Below, piece by piece: positions 13,577-23,700 of a DNA stretch of 64,000 bases. The stretch covers positions 1,860,001 through 1,924,000 of the forward strand of contig JBLDXI010000032.1 in assembly GCA_047495785.1 (NCBI GenBank). The letters run 5' to 3'. Source of the stretch: Lepidodermella squamata (Eukaryota > Animalia > Gastrotricha). The translations under genes were made by a program, and so were the position numbers. Each line of letters opens with the position of its first letter. Position 1 is the stretch's first letter. The notes beneath the pieces were generated by a model. That model was not told where the DNA came from, searched no databases, and worked only from the letters and a program-made list of their open reading frames with translations.

Positions 13577-15289
13577 TCAAAGGGTTTTCTTGAAAATGTA
13601 CTGTTCCGTTTTTTGAGAAGTGTACACCGTCTTCGAGTTGATCGGGCTCAGTGGAATGATGGATTCGGGCGAGAAAAAGCGGCGCAAAAATACTGCAACT
13701 GCCTTTTTGTTCCACGGACTTTGACCAGTCAGCACACCGTCGAGATGGCAGAGCGGGCACAATTTTTGAGGCGGAAATTGAATCTTTGGAGCTAGAGGAT
13801 CTTCGCTAACAGCTCCGGCGAGGCGGTCGTTAACTCGGTTGTGAATTTTCCACAGTAAAACATGAGCCTCACTATTTGGTGTTTGAGCAAATTTATCGGT
13901 CGCATTCCAGAAATGAGCAGCGCATTCGCGGCATCCAAAAAAGCTGCGAACGAATCCTCGAATAGCCGGAAACGCCGTGGTAATTTCAAACGAATCTGGT
14001 TGCCGCGCAGCATTTGCCGTGATTGTGTGAAACAAGAGCCAGAGACTGCAAGGATAACCTCGAAATTGGGGTTTAGTACCTTTACAATGCTTCCAAGGAC
14101 GAGGCTGAGGCATATTAGCATCCTTCACTATGTCAAGCCACTCTGATATAGGCATATCTGTAGGAGCATCTGGGCCAGAAATGTCAGTGAAAATATAGCG
14201 AAGCGAATCGACAATGGCTTGAGTTCGAAACGGAACATACTCAATAATCGCAGAAAGGAAATCCCGAAGATCGTTCATTTGCTCTGAAGTTAGGTCTTCA
14301 TGTAAAGTAACTTCATGATTGATGAAATGATAAACTGCTCCGTATAAATCGTCTTCAGGTAGCCAGACAGTGGTTTCCGAATTATTTTGCGTATCAGTCT
14401 TGTAAGGAGCCAAGGTTGTAGTAGTAGTCGGATCTTGCTTGAAAGTTGCGTAGGCGTTGAAGAAATCGATAATACTTTCGCGACCCATCTTAATAATTCG
14501 GACAGCTTGCTTCTTTACGCCGTCAACTTGTAGCAATATGGGAAATACCAACTTATCGCGGGAGCGGAATTTAAGAGCCGAAAACAGGACGTCTTGAACT
14601 TTTCCTTTATCTGCCTTAGATAACACAACGTACTTGACGTACAATTTTCGTGATACCCGCAGCGATGACGAGTTCAAGCACACTAGAGGACCAAGGCTTC
14701 CGTGCTCATCACTGTCATCTTCAGCTTCTACTATCACCATTTTATCCAGGGCTGAGTTGAAGTTCCAAAAATTTGCGCTGTTGAACTTCGAAGGCAGTAG
14801 ATACTTGAAAGATTCAGGGAGAGCTTTATTACTGGTGGAATTTTTTACCAATCCGAGAATAGCTTTCGCAACACGGGTAGTAATATCACGAGAATTGAAA
14901 GGAAGCAGATTACCAAAATCGTGGTAGGTTTGACCAGATATTACGGGCCAGTATAGTCTGACGCATGGATAACCGCTCACGCGATATTTACGGCAGACCC
15001 GAACGTTTTCCGCACAGTCAAGAGCAGCAGCCTTCACAATTGGATCCCAACGTTGAACGACTTCAACAATCTTAACCCATTTCGGAACGAAGTTTTGGCA
15101 AGAGCCACACCAGTGAGAAAAGAATTGCATCAACCAGATGTTATCAGCCTTTGAGTTCAGAAGAGCGTTGTCAATAGTGTTTCCATCAAGCATGTGCATA
15201 TGTGCACCCGCTGCATCGTTGTACAGATATGCATTGACATCTGAGGTCGAATAAATAACCAACGTTAACAGGCTTAGCAGGAGCCGCAT
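13577..15289 (-). CDS. QSOX: Quiescin sulfhydryl oxidase (thioredoxin domain + Erv/ALR FAD-binding domain)
   Basis: Signal peptide; Trx motif FFSHWCGSC; WKHCKGTKPQFRGYPCSLWLLFHTIT; Erv motifs FFGCRECAAHF and WKIHNRVNDRL; KIQFPPQKLCPLC. Single uninterrupted 570-aa ORF with no obvious C-terminal transmembrane segment. Confidence 0.95.
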   Translation of the reverse strand: MRLLLSLLTLVIYSTSDVNAYLYNDAAGAHMHMLDGNTIDNALLNSKADNIWLMQFFSHWCGSCQNFVPKWVKIVEVVQRWDPIVKAAALDCAENVRVCRKYRVSGYPCVRLYWPVISGQTYHDFGNLLPFNSRDITTRVAKAILGLVKNSTSNKALPESFKYLLPSKFNSANFWNFNSALDKMVIVEAEDDSDEHGSLGPLVCLNSSSLRVSRKLYVKYVVLSKADKGKVQDVLFSALKFRSRDKLVFPILLQVDGVKKQAVRIIKMGRESIIDFFNAYATFKQDPTTTTTLAPYKTDTQNNSETTVWLPEDDLYGAVYHFINHEVTLHEDLTSEQMNDLRDFLSAIIEYVPFRTQAIVDSLRYIFTDISGPDAPTDMPISEWLDIVKDANMPQPRPWKHCKGTKPQFRGYPCSLWLLFHTITANAARQPDSFEITTAFPAIRGFVRSFFGCRECAAHFWNATDKFAQTPNSEAHVLLWKIHNRVNDRLAGAVSEDPLAPKIQFPPQKLCPLCHLDGVLTGQSPWNKKAVAVFLRRFFSPESIIPLSPINSKTVYTSQKTEQYIFKKTL

Positions 15290-16510
15290 CGACAGAGCTG
15301 CGATTTTGTAAAACCCTATGACAGTGCATAAAATTCATTGTGGCTTAATTCAAAAAACTCCGAAGCTGATCGCGATGGGCAGCGCTCAAGATTTCGAGTG
15401 AGCCATCTGTCTTAATCAGACATGGAATTTGCATCAAGGGAGAGATTGTCTCTTGAGTGAATTCATATTTCATATGATATTTTGGCGTGATTATGAGTTG
15501 GTACATTTGGACTAAATATTTCGAATTCGCCTATTGGCGGCCTTTTATTTAACCGGTACAGATGGGAGATGGGCACGCCGATACGGGTTGATTTCCTTGT
15601 TGTAGACATGTAGACAAGGCGCGCAGCAGCTGCGTTGTCTTTGGACCCTCGATGGCTTGAAGATTTCTGGGGCGCGGTTTAAAAGATTCAATTTTATTCC
15701 CGCCATAACCCTAAAATATCTTTCACGCGCATATTTTAACCTGAATTTAACAGTCTTAGAAATATATTTTGTATTTAAATGCAATTTTTTACTTTTGTTG
15801 CTATAGGAACGCGACCTGAGCTGTGAAAAAGTCACCTGACTCGCCTATAACCCATGTGACCTGTGGTCATTGGCCAACCAATTATAAGTTACAGATATTC
15901 GCTCACTGTGCCAACATCTTTTATCATATATCATACTTCTCGATTAGCGGCTTGAATAAAAATTGCATCGGTTTATCATTTTGCTGCGGCAATAAAATTC
16001 TCATTTCGGTATTAAGGGTTGATGCGCCATTTGAGCGGAATTTATTCGATCTGAGTGTGATTGAACCTTCCCATATGATAGTAATATTGTTCAAATTGTT
16101 TTGCTTTAAGGTGAGGTAAGCGTAAAGCCAGCATGTATGATGAATCAAATATCACAGCTTTATCTGACTTGCTGAAATAATTAATATTGCATCAAAATCG
16201 ATTTTTATGTTGTTACTAGCGACAAAATCCACTCCCCAGTTTTGTTTGATCGATTATAGGGACTAGGTATTTTTAAGGCTTAATTTATCTCTCTTGTTTT
16301 AAGTTTATGCATCGTTAACATCGGTTACGCATAAAAATAGTCATGGTATGTTTCTCATACCATCACGGGATTATTCAATACCACAATTCAATACTCATAC
16401 CATTCAATATGCAATTATTCATTACCACAATTTCTTTTTGCTTAGGTACCTCTAGTTACATAATCTTCACGGTAGGTGCATCTTTATTATCACCAAGTTC
16501 CCACTAAGAA
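15290..16510. promoter_or_regulatory. Divergent intergenic region between QSOX (-) and the STAND/ROCO array (+); candidate bidirectional promoter
   Basis: Head-to-head gene orientation; AT-rich; perfect 8-bp inverted repeat ATGGTATG-n5-CATACCAT at 16343-16363 followed by degenerate ATTCAATAC repeats. Confidence 0.4.
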
Positions 16511-19500
16511 ATGGGAAGCTCCTGTTCCTCGGCAAATTCCTCGAGCGCATCTGATGTTCCGTACATCCGTCAAATAAATAATCTTGAAGAAATAAGTTTC
16601 ACTGATATCGATGCTGCCTGGAATTTAGCAAAGCGTGAAAGTTCGAAATCGAAAGGTACAGCAAAATCAACAATAGTCATGCGAACAGGCTGGAAAACTA
16701 TACGTATATTTGTGTCATCAACCTTCCGAGATTTCGACGCCGAGAGAGAAGTGTTGGTGAAGAAAGTGTTTCCTGATCTACGGGAATGGTGCCAATCGAG
16801 GAGATTGAATCTTGTCGAATGTGATCTTCGCTGGGTAATTTGAATTTTCCCTTTATTTTCACTAGTCTGAAGGACTCGTTAAGGGAGTGCCGAAAGATTC
16901 AACGACTGAGACAACGCTGAGGACCTGCCTGGGTGAAATCGACAGATGCTACAGAGAGAATATAATGCCATTTTTCATTAACATGACCAGCGAACGCATC
17001 GGCTGGATTCCGCTTAGTAATAACTTCTTTGTTTAGGTATTTACTGTCTTAATTTTCAATATATTTATAAAACTAGGCCACGAAGTCCCTGGAGCTTTGC
17101 GACAGGAATATCACTGGCTGGACGGTATGAGTGTGACGGAAATGGAAATTATGCATGGGGCATTTCGCATAGACAATCCGAATGGTTTGCCTGATTTGGG
17201 TTGAATTATGCTTCAATGAAAACTATATGTTCATACTCAGCTCTTTTCATGATTCGGGATCCTTCGTTCTTGGAAAGTGTTCCTGAGGAACAGCAGCACC
17301 ACTTCATCGACGAATGTCCATTGGCTCCATACAAATTACAGAAGTTGAAGAAATGCATTGCTGAGAAGTTCCAAGGAAACTCTCGACTTTGCTACTACAA
17401 CTGTCATTATTCAGCGCTGGACAAGGACACGAAAATGCCTCGCTTTAAAGGTCTCGAGGAAAATTTTGCTCCTGTGGTAAGCCTCTTGATGAAAAAGCCT
17501 CAGTCGACAAATATTTTCCTTTGCAGGTTTTAAATTTCTTTAAAGAAAGAATAAGCGTACAATACCCTTTGGTGGACGAGAGAAAACAGGATCCTTATGA
17601 AGACGCTAAAATTCAACATGATGCCTTCATGAAAATGGCATCCGAGCGAGTTGTGGGTCGCGAGGCTCTTATTAACGAGGTAATTTTTACGTTTTCATTC
17701 AGAAATCTTTGATATCGAATTGATTCGGTCTTAGTTTGTCGACACCTATGTAATGAAGAAGAGCGACGTCACACCAGTAGTAATTTACGGTGGGCCTGGC
17801 TTAGGTAAAACGTCGTTGATGGCTGCGTTTGCCGATCGATGCGCAACTCTTGCCGTCATGCAAAAGCTCCCTAAGTATTGTTTGAATGACTTATATGATT
17901 TCAAATATTTAATGTTGCAAATATTAGACCGGTTACCGCTAAGCGCTGGCGGGTGTTTTATCATTTTGTCGGCTCTGTAGCTGGATCTACTGACCAGCTT
18001 TCTATGTTAGTCCGGCTTCTCATTGAAATCAAAGCGCTGAAGAAGAACGACAAACGTCCCACAGCTCTTGACGAAGCTATGGGGTTGGTACGGGGTGCTC
18101 TTTCCAATCCTCGAACAAAGAACTGCATCATTATCATTGACGCTATGAATCAGTTCGACGACAACAGAGGCATGCCTGCTCCGATTACATGGTTGCCTAG
18201 TAAAATGTCCCAACAAGTGCGGTTATTTTTCTCATTGACTCCGGAGAGCTCTCAGTTCAAGGGCGTTCAAGAAGCTGGCGGGGAGGTCTGGACCTTTATC
18301 AAGTTACAACCACTCGATCGCGAAACCAAAGAAAAAATGGTTACTTCAAACTTGACTCGTTATAACAAAGTTTTAGACAGAGGTCAACTCGAGCTATTGC
18401 TCAACAAAAATAGCTCTGATAATCCAATGTGGTTGTCACTCGCCACGGAAGAGCTTCGAGTTTTTGGCCGCTTTCGAGAGCTGACCAACAAAATAATAGC
18501 ATTACCCGATGGGTTGCCCGAGTTAGAAGCCGACATTCTCGGCAGATTTGAACGAGAAGGTGACGGCCGACGGATGATTGCGACCTTGTGTTTACTCGAA
18601 TGTTCAGTCCATGGATTGCTCGAAAGCGAACTCTTAGAGCTGCTGGCCAATCCGGACATTCTACCGGCTGCGTTGATGGACAAAATCGTCGTTACCGGCA
18701 CGATGGATGAACTTTCAGACGACATTGGTAGCTCTGGGCCGACAATCAGATCTAAACTTGAACACAAGCGATTGACGGCTAGCGAGTGGGCAGATATCTA
18801 TCGTGTTCTGCGGCCGTTTATGAGACCATTTGGCGCATCTGGCGAAGGAAGACTGGACTTCTACCATCGATCGCTTAGTAAAGCTGTGCGAAATCGGTAC
18901 TTCTTCAAGTCTACAAAACTTCCTGATGGTACGGTCAAAACAGAACGTTTAGAAGACATCACGAAATGGTTTCACAGGGTGAGTAAATTAAAGCATTGGA
19001 TCTAAAATTTGGAAATGTTGTTTGAAAACAGCGCTTGGCGGATTATTTTTCCGATAATTGCAAACATTTGGAGCGGCAGGTTGAAGAATTTCCTCATCAT
19101 GCGTGGAAATGCGGTGATCGAAAGAGCTTGGAAAAATTCCTGTGTCGATGGGACGTCTTCAACACAATGTACGATCCTGAGTATTCACGCGAGATTGCTC
19201 AATCTTGGGAACATGTTCACTTCATGAAAGTCGACTCTAACTTCAGTCGCGAGAAAACCATGACCGATCTGAAAAAATCAGGCGATGTTTACCTCAGAAT
19301 GGAGCAGTGCTATAACCGCATGATGCAAACGGAGATTGATGAATTCGAAAAGGCCGATGAAACCCGCCGTAAGGAAATTCTCAACCGGATGGAATGTATG
19401 TCTCGCGTTTTAGCCTGCAGCGGTCGATTCGAAGCTGCTTATTCGCTGTGCGAAAAGCTAATCGCATTTGCGTTTCCTAATATCGAAAAACCCAACCCTG

Positions 19501-20525
19501 GAGTAAACAGCGAGACACCGATTAAAGAGCGCGATTATTCGAAAGCAGGCGCTGATCTTCCTGAAGATGAGAGGCTTAAGCTGGCTCGTCTTCTTCACCT
19601 TCAAGCTAGAGTGTACGACGAGGAAATGCGTCAAGTTGATTACATGTACGCCAGCCATATACCGAAATGCGTTCTGATTATCGACACCCTGGAATGTGTG
19701 ATAGGCATTTTGCGCGAATTAGCGCCAAAAGATATGATGTTAGGGCAAAGTTTGAACCGGTGTAGTTTTTTCTACTCCGGCGTCCAACAGCGTGGCGGCT
19801 GTCCAGTATGCACTCGAGCTTATTGCGTCGAAATGTCTATTCAAAGGATAAACGATGCGATCGATTTTTATCAAAAGATGGATGGCCAGGAAATCGCATT
19901 AGGTTTATATTATACTGCTCCTCTCTTATTTACGATAAATATCTTCGAATGATTTCAGCTGATTGTTACATTACCCGTGGAGTGGTTTCGGAGGGCCAAG
20001 AGCAACTTGACTACTATCTGAAAGGCATGAATATGATTCTGGAGAATGCTGGGCAGTTTCATCCCTTGCTTGATCGAACATACCTCAACGTAATTTTTCA
20101 CTTGTACTCGTCAGCTATTTTCAAATCTGTTCAATTACAGATTGGAATTTATTACGAAGAGGCTCGTAATGGACAGGAAGCGTATAACTATTTTAGGAAA
20201 TGGTACGAATTTATGTTGGAAATTTATGGTCGCAACCACCCGCGGACTTATCGTGCCGTCCGAACTTTGAACGAATACCGTTAGTTTCGATTTGGGAAAA
20301 TATTCTCTTGTAAAAAATAGTTTTCTGACGCTAGAGTACGTGAGAATCGCGAGAGACCGCGGGGACGAAGTTCCTCAGCTTGGCGCTCAAGATGTGGATA
20401 ACGAGAATGAGAAAGATGAAAAGGAGAAAGAGGACCCTCAGCCTCAACCTGAAGACGGAGAAGAAGAAGAAGAAGACGACGAAGAGATACCAGGTTCAGA
20501 TGAGGAAGTCGAGGAACACGCATAG
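16511..20525 (+). CDS. STAND-1: DUF4062-NACHT-TPR protein (TEP1/NPHP3/TTC41-like), predicted N-myristoylated, acidic C-terminal tail
   Basis: Starts MGSSCSS. DUF4062 motifs WKTIRIFVSSTFRDFDAEREVLVKKVFPDL..CDLRWGV and SVTEMEIMHGA. Walker A GGPGLGKT (about 17789), Walker B IIIIDAMNQF, NPMWLSLATEELR, LDFYHRSLSKAVR, TPR-like helices. Exons joined by roughly 50-bp GT-AG introns. Confidence 0.88.
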
Positions 20526-20769
20526 CCAAAGTGCAATTTCCAAACTTTCAACAATCAATACTTTGCTGTTTATTAAAACTTTAGTATTATCGCAAATTGT
20601 GATGCAATTTCGAGTTTTTTTTAGCTGAAATCTATCATTTGCTGAGATTTTCAAGTGCCAATATTTATGCAATCTACGACCAATTAACTGTCGTCCGGTG
20701 ATATTTTATTTTATATATTTTCAAGTAAAACATAAACGATTTATATATTGCTCTATTCTAGGCTTTTAA

Positions 20770-23700
20770 ATGAAGAAAGGGCCTCAAAAAGCTGCCCCGG
20801 TGGCCCAGCCTAAACCCGGTGGCCCGGCTAAAAAGACACAACCTGAAAAACCTGGCTCTAAGGCTACAGCTCCTGGGAAAGTAACTCCAGCCCAAGAGCA
20901 ACTGTCGAGCGAGCCAAGTGAAACAGAGGTAATTTCCGAAATATTATAACTCCTATTTCATGATTGACGTTTTGTAGGTAAAAACGCCGGTTTCCCCTAA
21001 ACCTGAGGCTCAGTTATCTTCTCCCGAGACATTTTTGGTATGAAAGCAACATAACTCATTTGGGCTGTGGCATAATCATCAATTTTCTAGAATTACATCA
21101 AATCGCTTGAAAACGATAAGCTGAAAGAGTTGAACTTTCCTCAATCGACGCAAGTCACTGATTGGATGCTGTTTTGGCCAAGGCTTTCTCCTGCCTTATT
21201 CTCATTCATTGAATCTGTTGATATATCTTTGTGTCCAAACGTTACGGACTATGGCGTTTTATTACTAAGCTATTACCTTCCGGCATTAAAAAAAGTAATG
21301 GATTTTAACCTCAAAAAATTCAATTTATAATTTATTATAACTTTGAAGATTAATTTGACTGGCTGCAAGCAGGTCACTGAAAACAGCATGCGTTTTCTTT
21401 TCGAAAAGTGCCAAGTTCTGGAATCTGCTAAGCTTGACTGGACCTCAGTGAGATACATCCCAGCCAATTTACCGAAAGCTAAATTTTCAATCGCAAATTG
21501 CCCGCTCATTGTTGACGAATCGTCGCTACCAAAGCAAATCAAGTATCCAAACGCATTGCCTAAAAGTTTCACATTTGCCAAGATTCTAGTCGTTAAGCCT
21601 CCATCGCTAGCTTCACATTTCGTTGGGCTGAGTATTTTTCCGATGGAAGGCAAACCTGACGCAACTCAAACGATAAATTGTTATCAAAGCGGGATTTTTA
21701 GGGTGATTGAGTGCGTCGATGGGCCTGTTGTCCAGTCGTTGATCAGCGACTTCTCTCTCGTTCTAATCCCGTGTTGTTTTGACGAGGAGGCATATCTCGC
21801 AACGTTGAAATCTCGATGCGCGTGGATATTCAGTCTTGCTAAACATGTTCGAATAGCCATTTATCCGTTTTCCTTGCAGTCAGCGAGCCCGCTCGAAGCT
21901 TTTGGAGCTCTGGAAAAATGGCTTGAAAGTAGTACAAAATTATTGAATGAGAGAATCAACAGCTCCATTATTAACCTAGCTAACAAAGAATCGCCTCAAT
22001 CAAATGATATTTTGAACAAACAAGAGGCGATGCTGGCCTTCAACTTTTCCAGAAACGTATTCATTATGGGCGATGCAGCTTATGTTAGGCAATGGGCGGT
22101 TGACAACAAGCCACATAAAGATATTCCCAAGTCGATTTGGTTGGCCTGCCAATCCTTCGATAAAGCAAAAGCTGTCCTGAAAAAGGCGGCAAAGACGTTC
22201 TTTAGTGTTGATCATTTGAGAAAATTGATTAGCGGAGATTTCTCTGGTTATTGCTGGAATTCCTTAGTTTCGTTCCTGGTAGAAACTGGAAATTGCTGGG
22301 TTGAAACTTCCTATGGTAACGATGGGCTGAATGTCGGACCTAAGCACGCATTTGCTTTAATCGAATCTTTCGTGGCGTTTTTGAACAGCTTAATAACTAT
22401 GGAGAAGCCTCGAACCGCCGCAGGTGAAGATATTACCTGCTTAGACACCGATACTCCGTTGTTGTCTTTTGATGCTGCGTTCAAGTTGTTCATGAATGAA
22501 GAATGCTTTAAAGAGGAGGAATGCCTCAGATTAATGCGATATTTCGAATTCATGGGGCTTGCAATAGTTAGATCCGAATATGTTCTGATACTATCAGATC
22601 TGCGTCCACAGCCACCGATCCCGATAACTCATTTCCATTATGAGAACGAAGACACCATTGAGATCAAAACGAACTATCAGCTAACCTGCCTGCCGAGTAA
22701 CGTTCTCCCTGGATTAGTTGCCCTGATGGTCAAAGTTTTCCCGCCTACGATATTATGGCGTACTGGAGCTTACTTCTGCGAAGCCTCGATTTTAGGCATT
22801 TTATTGACTGCTGACGATGAAGCTCAGGTTATAACACTTAATCTAAGCTATGACAATACCGCTGACTTGGTTCAGTTGCCTTCATACGCCAATAATATCC
22901 AGCAATTCAAGGCTGCCCTTGATTACTCGCTATGTTTGGCAACTACCGCTTGTTGTGTTTACCTTCAGCCGTTTTCGATCGTTGACCTGACTAACGATGC
23001 CAACTTTATTTCTCCTGATTCTATTACCCACCCTGTGAAGTCTATGCCGGAAACTCGGCTCTTCTCCAGGCAGTTTGACCATACTCTTGCGAGATGTACT
23101 CGCTGCTCCATTGATATTTCGGCAATTGCTTCAATAGGTCGCTATCATGTCAGAAACGTTGGCATTAATGACGAGCCAGTTCTTGAACCCGTTAAAGGTT
23201 CAGAGATCGCGACGACGAAATTTAGCCTTGGCAACTACGAGATCGCCGATGGCGAATCTTTGCCGATATTCAACGATTTTGCGCCCAGCTTTTTCGAAAT
23301 TTCGAATACGGATCTTCTGGAGAATTTGATACTTTACCCGGGCAGCTCGTTCACCGGATCGGGATTAGCTATGGCATTTGCCGAGGGTAACAAGCTGATT
23401 GAATGCGTCTACGTATATGGAATCGACGGCGACAAGCCTGCAAAAAAGCCAAGCAAGCCGAGCACGCCATCGAAAATTAGCAGTAAATCTCCGATAGCCA
23501 TTAAATCGAGTTTGCGAGTTGATGTTTGCCTGGGAAAGCAGAAACCTGACCCTGAGCTTTCATTGACAGTCAGTACAGACGGGGCCATTGTATTCGAGAT
23601 CCAAGTTCCATTGAATCATCAGCTAAGTTTGAGGGCTACTTTCCGCAAACTTTCTGTCGAAAAATTGAAATTTGTGTCCTTTAACCGCAACTTGGGTGTA

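Noticed and set aside
16511-20525. Calling the STAND genes TEP1, NWD1 or NPHP3 orthologues
   Set aside because: No TROVE or WD40 regions, and only the DUF4062-NACHT core is shared; orthology needs a phylogeny, so no gene symbol is given.
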